A stretch of DNA of 64,000 nucleotides, from assembly GCA_964387845.1 (NCBI GenBank), contig CAYLXA010000006.1, positions 96,001-160,000 of the forward strand. The letters are read 5' to 3'. Of this stretch, positions 53,511 to 63,022 are shown piece after piece (the first letter of the stretch is position 1; every line of letters starts with the position of its first letter). Both the position numbers and the translations under genes were made by a program. The DNA is from an uncultured bacterium. GTDB lineage: Bacteria; Omnitrophota; Omnitrophia; Omnitrophales; Abzuiibacteriaceae. The notes below the pieces were generated by a model. That model was not told the origin of the DNA. It saw only the letters and a program-made list of their open reading frames with translations, and ran no database searches.

Positions 53511-54405
53511 CGTTCCGCTTTGCCGGTTTTCAACTTTGCAAATCGGCGGCCCGGCTGCCTATTTTGCAGAGCCGGATACGCGCGAAGCACTATTACCGCT
53601 TCTGGAATTTCAAAAACAGGAAAATCTCCCGCTTCTTGTAATCGGCCGCGGTTCCAATATTTTATTTTCCGACGAAGGATTCCCAGGGCTTGTTATTTCG
53701 CTTCGGAAATTTGAACTCGAACGCATTCAATTCAATCCCAAAGGCCTAGTAAAAGTTTCCGCCGGTATGAGCCTTTTTCGATTGTCCGCATTATGCCAGG
53801 AGCAGGGAGTGAGCGGGCTTGAATTCATTTGCCACATTCCCGGCACTGTCGGCGGTGCTTGCGCCATGAATGCCGGTTTCGGCCGCGCCGGGGTTCATTA
53901 TCAGGAAATCAAAGACGTTCTAAATTCGGTCACGGTTTTGGATGCGGCAACAAGCAAATTGCGTGTGATTCAACGCAGTGAAATTGATTTTCAATACCGC
54001 AAAAGCAGTCTCGAGCGGGAAATTGTTTTAGATGCCACGTTCCAATTAAAGCCATCCACACGCGAGGCGGTGCGAGATGAAGTAAAAGCCAACTTTGCTT
54101 ATCGGAATTCCGTGCAGGATCTGCGCTATCCGAGCGCCGGATCCGTTTTTAAGAATCCGAAAAAACCCACGGAATCAGCCGGGAAGCTGATCGACCGCGC
54201 AGGGCTTCGCGGAACGCGGATCGGCGGCGCCATGATTTCGGAAAAACACGGCAATTTTATTTTAAACGTCGGAAATGCAAAGTCAGCCGACGTTTTGCAG
54301 CTTATTGATTTGGCAAAATCTCGGGTTCTTGAGCAGTTTGGTATTGAGTTAGAGCCCGAAGTAAAACTGATGGTGCCCGGCTTGTCGTCTGCGTGCGCCG
54401 TTTAA
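53431..54405 (+). CDS. murB: UDP-N-acetylenolpyruvoylglucosamine reductase (start uncertain; may use an internal GTG around 53470-53495)
   Basis: FAD-binding domain (LCRFSTLQIGGPAAYF, LVIGRGSNILFSD) and a MurB C-domain. The ORF-track start overlaps murC by 80 nt, so the true start is probably further downstream. Confidence 0.85.
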   Translation: MPFSEPEISERWPVNLPNGFVVPIQNNVPLCRFSTLQIGGPAAYFAEPDTREALLPLLEFQKQENLPLLVIGRGSNILFSDEGFPGLVISLRKFELERIQFNPKGLVKVSAGMSLFRLSALCQEQGVSGLEFICHIPGTVGGACAMNAGFGRAGVHYQEIKDVLNSVTVLDAATSKLRVIQRSEIDFQYRKSSLEREIVLDATFQLKPSTREAVRDEVKANFAYRNSVQDLRYPSAGSVFKNPKKPTESAGKLIDRAGLRGTRIGGAMISEKHGNFILNVGNAKSADVLQLIDLAKSRVLEQFGIELEPEVKLMVPGLSSACAV

Positions 54406-54435
54406 TGCAAACTCCACAACATTGACAGGGAATTC

Positions 54436-55365
54436 GTGAAATCGTTTAATCAAATCTGCGTACTTTTGGGAGGTAACTCGCACGAACGTGAAATTTCAAT
54501 CCGTTCTGGATCTGCAGTGGCCGAAGCGCTTGTCCGCTCCGGGTTCGAAGTCTCGCAGCTTGATGCTAAAAACGGCTGGCGTGAAAAACTCAAAAATAAA
54601 AAACCTGACGCAGTATTTGTGGCGCTTCACGGTACCGGCGGAGAAGACGGCGAGGCGCAAAAAGTTTTAGAGGGCCTCGGAATCCCTTATGTCGGTTCCA
54701 GCCCTGATGCAAGTTTGGATGCTTTTGATAAACTCCGCTCCAAAAGAATATTCGAGAAAGAATCCATTCCGACCCCGGCCTGGGCCCTCATCACCGGAAA
54801 AAATTGGAAAAAGAAAATTGAAGAGCTGAAAATCCCGATTTTTATCAAGCCGATTGCCGATGGTTCCAGCATCGGCGTTGAATTAATCGAATCTGAAATT
54901 GAACTAGAGCCGACGATCGAAAAGAGCCTTAAACAGTACGAATCCATCATTGTTGAAACTGCAATCCAGGGAAGGGAGTTTACGGTCGGTATTTTAGGAG
55001 ACCAGGCGTTGCCCGTATTGGAAGTGAGGCCGAAGCGCCGTTTTTATGATTACACAGCCAAATATACGAAAGGGCAGACGGATTATCTCGTCCCGGCACC
55101 GATTGATGAGAATTTTGCCGTCAAGCTTCAAGCGCTTGCGTTAAAAACGCACTTAGCTTTGGGGCTTCGCGATTTTTCAAGAGTTGACATGATTGTTGAT
55201 CTGGCCGGAAATCCGTATATTTTAGAGGCCAATTCAATTCCGGGTTTTACTGAAACAAGTCTTTTGCCAAAAGCGGCCCAAGCAGTCGGAATTAGTTTTG
55301 ATAAGTTGTGCGTGAAATTAGTAGAGCTTGCGTATCAGCGAGTTGCGGGGAAGGTTTATGCGTAA
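54436..55365 (+). CDS. ddl: D-alanine--D-alanine ligase
   Basis: 309 aa ATP-grasp enzyme. VLLGGNSHEREISIRSG N-terminus. VALHGTGGEDG. Confidence 0.92.
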   Translation: MKSFNQICVLLGGNSHEREISIRSGSAVAEALVRSGFEVSQLDAKNGWREKLKNKKPDAVFVALHGTGGEDGEAQKVLEGLGIPYVGSSPDASLDAFDKLRSKRIFEKESIPTPAWALITGKNWKKKIEELKIPIFIKPIADGSSIGVELIESEIELEPTIEKSLKQYESIIVETAIQGREFTVGILGDQALPVLEVRPKRRFYDYTAKYTKGQTDYLVPAPIDENFAVKLQALALKTHLALGLRDFSRVDMIVDLAGNPYILEANSIPGFTETSLLPKAAQAVGISFDKLCVKLVELAYQRVAGKVYA

Positions 55366-56167
55366 GCGTTCAAACCGCGGAAAATCAAAAAATATTTTCG
55401 TCCGTCTTTTTGAAAAAATATTTCTTTTGTTTTTCTTGCTATGGAAAAGCATCCCAATCCTAATTATTGCCGCAATTTTTTACTTCTCATTTTTCGGTGT
55501 CAAAGATTTGTTAAGTGCGGATTCTCATTTTCAAATCGCCAGTCTTAAAATTTTTCCGCGCGGCATATTGACTGATCAGGAATATCAGGCGCTCGAGCGG
55601 CGTTCAACCGGTGTTAATTTACTCAAAGCCGACCTCCGGACGCTCAGGGCAATGATTGAAACAAATCCCAAAGTTAAGCAGGCGGATGTGGTCCGAAAAC
55701 TTCCAAATGAACTGGAAATTACGCTGACGCCTCGAAAAGTGGCCATGCAGTTTCGGACGTCGCCCCGCGGCCCGTTCTACACGCTCGGCGAAGATGCGGT
55801 CGTGATGTCGTCGGCAGATTCCCGGGATTTATCGCTCATTGAATTCTCGAATTTTGACTATGCCGCGAAACGCCTTTCGCCTCTTGACCGTTATTCCGAT
55901 CCTTCTTGGCACAAGCTCCAGTCGATTTTGGACTCTTTGAAAAAGCATGACGCAACAAAGCGGGAAAAGGTTGACCGCGTATCAGTTGATAAAACCGGAA
56001 ATTTTACGGTGTCGTTTGTAGGCGGTCTTGAGCTTGTACTGCGTGATACGAGCGATATGACAAACCAAAAAATGATAGCGCTCGGGAACTTGTTGGCGTC
56101 ACCGGAACGGGACTTGATTGCTTATATTGATTTGCGCCACCTTGACATTATTTTGAAGTACAAATAA
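55358..56167 (+). CDS. ftsQ: cell division protein FtsQ (POTRA domain)
   Basis: Start taken at ATG 55358 (overlaps the ddl stop; MRKRSNRGKS...). Single TM helix, then POTRA and FtsQ beta-domain-like sequence. Confidence 0.8.
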   Translation: MRKRSNRGKSKNIFVRLFEKIFLLFFLLWKSIPILIIAAIFYFSFFGVKDLLSADSHFQIASLKIFPRGILTDQEYQALERRSTGVNLLKADLRTLRAMIETNPKVKQADVVRKLPNELEITLTPRKVAMQFRTSPRGPFYTLGEDAVVMSSADSRDLSLIEFSNFDYAAKRLSPLDRYSDPSWHKLQSILDSLKKHDATKREKVDRVSVDKTGNFTVSFVGGLELVLRDTSDMTNQKMIALGNLLASPERDLIAYIDLRHLDIILKYK

Positions 56168-56185
56168 AACAACGCACCGTTTAGC

Positions 56186-57424
56186 ATGAACCAAAAGCCG
56201 CTTATCCGCTACATTCTGCACATCGGTACCGTCAAAATATCGTTCCTGAAAATACTCTTTAAACCGACCGGCCAGCGCGAAATTTTAAAAACCGTAACCT
56301 GCAGTTCGGACGGTTTTGACAAAGGAGTCGTGACAGACCTGTCCAAGGCTGCCGAAAGCATTCACCAGGGGCTTAAAGTGATTACGAGCGGTTCTAACGA
56401 GTCGCTGATTCCATGCCGGGTCGTCGTGTCAAACGGCCATCTTAAAAACTATACCTATTCGAGTTCGCTTTATTTTTACGGCAATTCGCATGAGCTCAGC
56501 ATGAAGGATGTCCGCGATGTGATTGCCCAAACCCGCAGTGTAGCCACAATCCCGCTGAACGAAATGATTATCCAGGCTATTCCGCAGGAATTTTTGGTAG
56601 ACAATATGGCTGGTATTTCAAATCCGATCGGCCTCGAAGCGACGCGGCTTGGCGTTACGTTACGGCTTTTTACGACCGAATATAGTATTTATCAAAATTT
56701 ATTAAAAGCAACCGAGCGCGCCGATGTAGACGCGCGGGATATCGTACCGACCTCTCTGACATCCGCTCACGCCGTCCTCACACAGGAAGAAAAGCAGGAG
56801 GGTGTAATCTTGATTGATGTGGGCGGTCACGCAACACATGTGGTTGCGTTTCAAAACGGCATTTTGCAGGAATCAAAATCATTTCAGGATGGATCTGAGG
56901 TGATTACGGATGCTCTTGCGCGAAAATACAATCTCAAACTGGATGAAGCGCGCCGCGTTAAAGAAACCTATGCTTCTTTGTCAAAGAAGCCTGAATTTGC
57001 CGACGAGCTTATCCCGATTTGCGACAAGGAAGGGCATAAAAGCTCACATGTTTCAAAATCGGAATTGCAAACCGAAATTGAAAGTTCTCTTTCAATTTTT
57101 ACGCACAAACTGCTGGACCCGGCGCGTCACATGATTAAAAAGCACGCACCAATTACGCAAGTTGTCATGACAGGCGGCGGCGCGAAGCTGGACGGTCTTT
57201 TAGAGTTTGTTCAGCAGGAGCTTGGCTCGAGCGTGCGGCTCGGTGTTGCGAAGAATATTTTTGGAGATCAAAAAGTCATTAATGATCCCGCTTTCGCGGG
57301 CGCCATCGGCGCTTCGGACTATTCTAGTTTTATCATGGATCCCATCACGGTTCTCAACCAATCCGGAAACGCGGTTTATAAAATCCTCAACACGGCCAAA
57401 CGCTGGGTTTCCGAATACTTCTGA
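56186..57424 (+). CDS. ftsA: cell division protein FtsA
   Basis: 412 aa actin-fold ATPase (LIDVGGHATHVVAF, MTGGGAKLDGL). It is not followed by ftsZ. Confidence 0.88.
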   Translation: MNQKPLIRYILHIGTVKISFLKILFKPTGQREILKTVTCSSDGFDKGVVTDLSKAAESIHQGLKVITSGSNESLIPCRVVVSNGHLKNYTYSSSLYFYGNSHELSMKDVRDVIAQTRSVATIPLNEMIIQAIPQEFLVDNMAGISNPIGLEATRLGVTLRLFTTEYSIYQNLLKATERADVDARDIVPTSLTSAHAVLTQEEKQEGVILIDVGGHATHVVAFQNGILQESKSFQDGSEVITDALARKYNLKLDEARRVKETYASLSKKPEFADELIPICDKEGHKSSHVSKSELQTEIESSLSIFTHKLLDPARHMIKKHAPITQVVMTGGGAKLDGLLEFVQQELGSSVRLGVAKNIFGDQKVINDPAFAGAIGASDYSSFIMDPITVLNQSGNAVYKILNTAKRWVSEYF

Positions 57425-57490
57425 AGTTTGTTTTCCTCTTTATATTTAGCTGACCGACTGCTATAATTCACACCTTATTAACCGCTTATC

Positions 57491-58615
57491 ATGACTGCTA
57501 CTATTATGACTCAAGACATACGCAAACTTCCGCTGCACAACACGCACGTTCAGCTGGGCGGTAAAATGGGCGCTTTCGGCGAATGGGAAGTGCCGCTTTA
57601 CTATTCAAGCATTCTCGAAGAGCATGCAGCCGTCCGTGAAAAATGCGGGATTTTTGATATTTCTCACATGGGCGAAGTTTGGTTTAGAGGTTCGAATGCG
57701 CGCAAAGCGCTCAATTCTTTGCTTCCGGGGAAAATTGAAAAGCTGGTGCCCGGCAAAGCCGTTTACAGCCCGATGCTGAATGAGCGAGGCGGCATTGTGG
57801 ATGATTTGATTGTTTCGCAGATTGACGCGGATTCTTATCTCGTGGTTGTCAACGCCGCCAACGTGGAAAAGGATTACAATTGGTTTCTGGCGCACAATCC
57901 GTTGAAAGCTGAAATTGTTAACGAAAGCGATGCGTTCGGTTTGTTAGCGGTTCAGGGCCCCGAAAGCGCAAAAGTCGTGTCGCAAGTTTTTTCAGACGAT
58001 ATTCTCAAGCTTCCGTATTACCACATCCAAAAATCGGACATTCCCTGGAAGGGAAGTTATATTTCCCGGACCGGTTACACGGGAGAAATCGGCTTTGAAA
58101 TTTTTCTGGCCCAAAAAAATTTAAAACCCGCGTATAATACATTTCTTGAAATTGGAAAATCGTTCGGAATCAAACCCATTGGATTTGGCGCGCGCGATAC
58201 TTTGAGGCTTGAGTCCTGCATGCTGCTGTACGGGCAAGACATGAATGATGACACCTCGCCGCTCGAAGCCGGGCTTGAATGGACTTTGGATCTCGAGAAA
58301 GATTTTGTCGGAAAAGATCCGCTCGTCAAATTAAAAACGCAGGGAATCGCGAAGAAGCTTGTCGGATTTGAAATGATTGACCGCGGACTTGCGCGCCATG
58401 ACTATTCTGTTTTTAAAAACGGAAAAATAATCGGAAAAGTAACGAGCGGAACGTTTGCACCGACTTTGAAGAAAAATATCGGTCTAGCCTATGTCGATAC
58501 GCCGGAATCTGCGGTCGGCAATGAAATTCAAATTCAGATCCGAGACCAACAGGCGAAAGCCAGAATTGTGAAAACGCCTTTTTACAAAAAAAATACCACG
58601 AAGGAGATTGTATGA
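57491..58615 (+). CDS. gcvT: glycine cleavage system aminomethyltransferase T
   Basis: 374 aa. Typical GcvT N-terminus (LHNTHVQLGGKMGAFGEWEVPLYY...FDISHMG). Confidence 0.93.
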   Translation: MTATIMTQDIRKLPLHNTHVQLGGKMGAFGEWEVPLYYSSILEEHAAVREKCGIFDISHMGEVWFRGSNARKALNSLLPGKIEKLVPGKAVYSPMLNERGGIVDDLIVSQIDADSYLVVVNAANVEKDYNWFLAHNPLKAEIVNESDAFGLLAVQGPESAKVVSQVFSDDILKLPYYHIQKSDIPWKGSYISRTGYTGEIGFEIFLAQKNLKPAYNTFLEIGKSFGIKPIGFGARDTLRLESCMLLYGQDMNDDTSPLEAGLEWTLDLEKDFVGKDPLVKLKTQGIAKKLVGFEMIDRGLARHDYSVFKNGKIIGKVTSGTFAPTLKKNIGLAYVDTPESAVGNEIQIQIRDQQAKARIVKTPFYKKNTTKEIV

Positions 58616-59001
58616 ATTTCCCGAAAGAACTGCACTATACCAAAACACACGAATGGGCTAAGAAAAACGCGGATTCGGTGACGGTCGGCATCAGCGATTA
58701 CGCGCAGCATGAAATCTCGGACATTGTGTTTGTTGAGCTTCCGAAAGTCGGCCAAAAAGTGGCGCAGGGGAAGGCGATTTCTGTGGTAGAATCCGTGAAA
58801 GCCGCGTTCGATATTTATGCCCCGGTGTCGGGCACGGTGAAATCGATTAACACAACGCTGGAATCGGACCCGTCGATTGTTAATCGCGACTGTTATGGTA
58901 ACGGCTGGTTTTTTGAAATCACGCCGGATAACGCGGGTGAATTAAGTTCGCTTTTATCTGCCGAACAATATGAGAGTTTTTTAAAGGAAGCTGCGCACTA
59001 A
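58612..59001 (+). CDS. gcvH: glycine cleavage system H protein
   Basis: 129 aa. Lipoyl-lysine motif ESVKAAFDIYAPVSG. Confidence 0.93.
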   Translation: MNFPKELHYTKTHEWAKKNADSVTVGISDYAQHEISDIVFVELPKVGQKVAQGKAISVVESVKAAFDIYAPVSGTVKSINTTLESDPSIVNRDCYGNGWFFEITPDNAGELSSLLSAEQYESFLKEAAH

Positions 59002-59004
59002 TTT

Positions 59005-60348
59005 ATGCATTATTTTCCGCTCACGAATGAAGAACGCCAGGAAATGCTCGACACGATCGGTGTCGAGAATTTTGGCCAGATTTTAACGCCGATCCCTGCC
59101 AAACTTAAAAATCCCGCGCTGGATATTCCGCCGCATTTGAGTGAAATCGAAATTAACCGTTTGCTCGGTGATTTGGCGGCGAAGAACCTGCACTGCAAAA
59201 ATCGTTCATCATTCTTAGGTGCGGGTGCCTATGATCATTTTTCACCTTCGATTGTTAACGAGATCATTTCCAGAAACGAATTCTACACGGCTTACACGCC
59301 GTATCAGGCAGAGGCATCGCAGGGGACTTTGCAGGCGATCTTTGAATACCAGAGTTTAATTTGCGAGCTGACCGGCATGGATGTGTCCAATGGCTCGCAT
59401 TATGACGGCGCCACAGCGCTTGCGGAAGCCGCGCTCCTCAGTTTAACTAAAACACAGCGCGCCAAAATTTTAATCGCGCGATCGGTTCATCCGGATTATC
59501 GGAGAGTCGTGCAAACCTATGTCGAAAGACCGGGACATCAAATCGAGGAAATTCCGTTTCTGGCGGACGGTAATCTCGATAAGGAATTCTTGAAGAAGAA
59601 ACTAACGAATGAAGTTGCGTCCGTGATTATCGCAAGCCCGAACTTTCTGGGATTGGTCGAAGATTTGGAAGGGCTTTCGGATCAAATTCATCAAAACGGG
59701 TCACTTTTTATTTTGGTTTCGAATCCGTTGTCGCACGGTTTTTATAAAACACCGGCGGAACTCGGCGCTGACATCAGCTGCGGTGAAGGGCAGCCGCTTG
59801 GGATTCCGATGAGTTACGGAGGTCCCTGGCTCGGGTTTTTTGCTACAAAGCGCGAGTTGGTCCGTCAAATTCCGGGTCGTCTTGTGGGTCTTACAAAAGA
59901 TTCGGATGGAAAACGCGCATTTTGCCTCACCCTTCAGGCCCGCGAGCAACACATCCGCCGTGAAAAAGCCGCTTCCAATATTTGTACCAACCAAGCGCTT
60001 TGCGCGCTTGCGGCTTGCGTTTATATGGCTGCAATGGGCAAAGCCGGTATCCGACAGGTCGCGGAGCTCAATATTGAAAATGCGGTGTATTTACGCCGGG
60101 AAATCGCGAAATTAAGGGGGTTTAAAATTCTGACCGCCGGCCCCATTTTCAATGAGTTCAGCGTGATTTGCCCCAAGCCCGTTTCGGATATTAATCGCGA
60201 GCTTTTAAATCAAGGCATTATCGGCGGCTACAATGCTTCTAAGAAATACGATGAACTCGAAAACACGATGGTTATTTGTGCGACAGAAACTAAAACCAAA
60301 GAAGAGCTGGACCGGTTTGTGAAAGTGCTCGGGCAGGTTGCGTCATGA
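59005..60348 (+). CDS. gcvPA: glycine dehydrogenase (decarboxylating) subunit 1
   Basis: 447 aa. N-terminal half of the split P-protein. Confidence 0.92.
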   Translation: MHYFPLTNEERQEMLDTIGVENFGQILTPIPAKLKNPALDIPPHLSEIEINRLLGDLAAKNLHCKNRSSFLGAGAYDHFSPSIVNEIISRNEFYTAYTPYQAEASQGTLQAIFEYQSLICELTGMDVSNGSHYDGATALAEAALLSLTKTQRAKILIARSVHPDYRRVVQTYVERPGHQIEEIPFLADGNLDKEFLKKKLTNEVASVIIASPNFLGLVEDLEGLSDQIHQNGSLFILVSNPLSHGFYKTPAELGADISCGEGQPLGIPMSYGGPWLGFFATKRELVRQIPGRLVGLTKDSDGKRAFCLTLQAREQHIRREKAASNICTNQALCALAACVYMAAMGKAGIRQVAELNIENAVYLRREIAKLRGFKILTAGPIFNEFSVICPKPVSDINRELLNQGIIGGYNASKKYDELENTMVICATETKTKEELDRFVKVLGQVAS

Positions 60349-61868
60349 TGAAAACCAATGCTTCGATTGGGCTTCAATCAACGGATGACCGTTTGATTTT
60401 CGAAAAAAGCAAATCCGGAAAGCTCGGCGCATCGCTTCCGGCCCGCAAATTCACTTCCATCGATCTTACCAAAGAAGTGCCGGCAAAATATCAACGTGCT
60501 CAAGCTGCGAAGATGCCCGAAGTCAGCGAGCCTGAAATCGTGCGCCACTACGTGAATTTATCGAAGAAGAATTTCAGTATCGACACGCATTTTTATCCGC
60601 TCGGTAGCTGCACGATGAAATATAACCCCAAAATTAACGAAAAAGTTGCCCGTTGGGACGGTTTCGCGGCCGTGCATCCGTATCAGCCGGAGCACGAAGT
60701 CCAAGGATTCTTGCAGATTTTTCACGAGCTTTCAAAATATCTCTGTGAAGTTGTGGGAATGGACGCGTTTACTTTGCAGCCCGCCGCCGGCGCGCAAGGT
60801 GAAATGTGCGGCCTGATGCTTGTGCGCGCGTATCATCAATCACTCGGCAATCATAAAAAAACAAAAGTCATTGTGCCGGATTCCAGCCATGGCACGAATC
60901 CCGCGACCGCAGCGCTGGCGGGTTTCACAGTGGTTCAAACGCCGTCTAATTCGCGCGGCAGAACCGATTTAAAAGCCTTAAAAGAGCTTGTGAATGAGGA
61001 AACAGCGTGTTTGATGCTCACAAACCCTAACACGCTCGGCCTTTTTGAGGATGAAATCCTGGAAATCGGTGAGATTGTCCACAAACACGGTGCGCTTCTT
61101 TATTATGACGGTGCTAATCTCAATCCTTTGCTCGGCATCGCCCGGCCCGGCGACATGGGTTTTGATATTGTTCATATCAATTTACATAAAACATTCTCAA
61201 CACCGCATGGCGGCGGCGGCCCCGGCGCAGGCCCGGTCGGTGTTAAAAAGAAGCTCGCCGAATTTTTACCGAGCCCGGTTTTATCGAAAGGCAGTGAAGG
61301 CTTTTTTTGGGATTACAACCGTCCAAAATCGATCGGCAAGCTGAAATCTTTCTATGGAAATGTCGGCATGCTGCTGCGTGCCTATGTCTATATCCGGACG
61401 CTCGGATTAGAAGGTTTGAAGCAGGTGAGCAAAGATGCGATTTTAAATGCCAATTATTTACGCAAGAAACTCGAAGGGGTTTTACAAATTCCTTTTCCGG
61501 AATTCTGCATGCATGAGTTTGTTGCAACGGTCCGGAATTACAAATCAAAGAACCTCCATGCCAGCGACGTTGGCAAAAGACTGCTCGATTACGGCATTCA
61601 TGCGCCGACCGTTCATTTTCCGCTTGTGGTGGAAGATGCGCTGATGATTGAACCGACGGAAACTGAATCAAAAGAGGCGCTTGATAAGCTGGTGGAAGCG
61701 TTGAAAGCGATTGTCAAAGAAATCGAGCAGGATCCGCAGATTGTGTTGACCGCGCCGCACACGATGCCCGTCAAACGCCCGGATGAAGTGCAGGCGGCGA
61801 GAAAGCCGATTTTAAGTTGGCGCGATTTTCAAGGCGAGCAAGCAGCCAATACGCCTAAAGCGGCGTAA
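60345..61868 (+). CDS. gcvPB: glycine dehydrogenase (decarboxylating) subunit 2
   Basis: 507 aa. PLP-lysine region (HINLHKTFSTPHGGGGPG). Confidence 0.92.
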   Translation: MMKTNASIGLQSTDDRLIFEKSKSGKLGASLPARKFTSIDLTKEVPAKYQRAQAAKMPEVSEPEIVRHYVNLSKKNFSIDTHFYPLGSCTMKYNPKINEKVARWDGFAAVHPYQPEHEVQGFLQIFHELSKYLCEVVGMDAFTLQPAAGAQGEMCGLMLVRAYHQSLGNHKKTKVIVPDSSHGTNPATAALAGFTVVQTPSNSRGRTDLKALKELVNEETACLMLTNPNTLGLFEDEILEIGEIVHKHGALLYYDGANLNPLLGIARPGDMGFDIVHINLHKTFSTPHGGGGPGAGPVGVKKKLAEFLPSPVLSKGSEGFFWDYNRPKSIGKLKSFYGNVGMLLRAYVYIRTLGLEGLKQVSKDAILNANYLRKKLEGVLQIPFPEFCMHEFVATVRNYKSKNLHASDVGKRLLDYGIHAPTVHFPLVVEDALMIEPTETESKEALDKLVEALKAIVKEIEQDPQIVLTAPHTMPVKRPDEVQAARKPILSWRDFQGEQAANTPKAA

Positions 61869-61878
61869 GAATCTTTCA

Positions 61879-62631
61879 ATGATGACTCTACGCGTAATTT
61901 CAAGCCCAAGCCTTGATTGTTTCTCTCAAATGGCAATCGACGAGGCGCTTTTTTTGATTGCCCAAGATTCCGAGTCAGCCCAACCGATCATTCGTTTCTA
62001 TCAGTTTTCAAATCCATGCTGCACAATCGGATTCTCGCAAAGACGCCTGCCGCTTTTAGAATCCATCGAAAACCAAAATCTGCCATGGGTGAGGCGCCCG
62101 ACGGGCGGCGGCGTGGTTTGGCATACGAACGACATCATTTTTTCGATGGTCCTTCCGGAATCGATTCATCCGGATTTTCATTGCGCTCCGGAAACTTACC
62201 GGCTCATCCACGAAGCCGTTGTTTCGGCCCTCACAGCATTTTCAATCAATCCAGAGTATTTTTCAGAAAATGAAAAGCAAAAAACGCCCGATGAGTTGAT
62301 TTGCTTTGATCATCCGGTGAAGAACGATGTTTTGCTGAATGGCGATAAAATTGCGGGCGGTGCCGAGCGCCGGTCAAATCACTACGTGCTGCATCAAGAA
62401 TCGCTTCAGTTGCACGGAATCGCTGTTCAGGATTTCAAAACGCAATTAATCCGGGAATTTGAGATAAAATTCGGATGGATGAGTGAAGCTTCAGAAATCA
62501 CGGATTCTGAAATCGCGCTGTCTGAAAAGTTAAAACGTTTCAAATATCAAACATCAGAATGGAATTGGAAAGGGAAAACCGGTTTTCAAAAGGATCATGA
62601 GCAAAAGACTTTCGCCGCCGCAGCTGACTAA
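61879..62631 (+). CDS. lipoate-protein ligase / octanoyltransferase family protein (BPL_LplA_LipB domain)
   Basis: 250 aa. RRPTGGGVVWH and KIAGGAERRS motifs of the LplA/LipB catalytic domain. Adjacent to the gcv operon, whose H protein requires lipoylation. Confidence 0.75.
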   Translation: MMTLRVISSPSLDCFSQMAIDEALFLIAQDSESAQPIIRFYQFSNPCCTIGFSQRRLPLLESIENQNLPWVRRPTGGGVVWHTNDIIFSMVLPESIHPDFHCAPETYRLIHEAVVSALTAFSINPEYFSENEKQKTPDELICFDHPVKNDVLLNGDKIAGGAERRSNHYVLHQESLQLHGIAVQDFKTQLIREFEIKFGWMSEASEITDSEIALSEKLKRFKYQTSEWNWKGKTGFQKDHEQKTFAAAAD

Positions 62632-63022
62632 CAAGCTTGATATGATCGAAAATAACGAAATTATCCAGAAGCTTAAAAAATTAAGCGATTTGTATCCCGA
62701 ATACAAAATCGAAGGCTACAGTTTTCTCTTAACCGCGCTCAATTTCACTGTGTCAAAACTCTCGAAGCCTCGGCATGTCTCGGGGCAGGAATTATTAGAA
62801 GGAATCCGCTTGTTTGCGCTGGATCAGTTCGGCCCTCTCGCGAAAACGGTGCTGAATCATTGGGGTATTTATAAAACCATCGATTTCGGCAATATGGTTT
62901 TTGCTTTAATCGAAGTTGATTTAATGCGCAAAAATGACGATGACTCTATTGAGGACTTCCGGGACGGATTTGAGTTTGAAACCGCATTTCAAGCGAAGTT
63001 AAGCTTTAGCGATGATTCATGA
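62597..63022 (+). CDS. hypothetical protein (possible start at ATG 62642)
   Basis: 141-aa ORF bridging the ligase gene and the helicase gene (ATGA overlap with the helicase start). No recognisable motifs. Confidence 0.4.
   Translation: MSKRLSPPQLTNKLDMIENNEIIQKLKKLSDLYPEYKIEGYSFLLTALNFTVSKLSKPRHVSGQELLEGIRLFALDQFGPLAKTVLNHWGIYKTIDFGNMVFALIEVDLMRKNDDDSIEDFRDGFEFETAFQAKLSFSDDS

Noticed and set aside
57425-57490. Looked for a glycine riboswitch upstream of gcvT
   Set aside because: The intergenic region is only 66 nt and shows none of the conserved glycine-aptamer features. Retained only as a negative observation.
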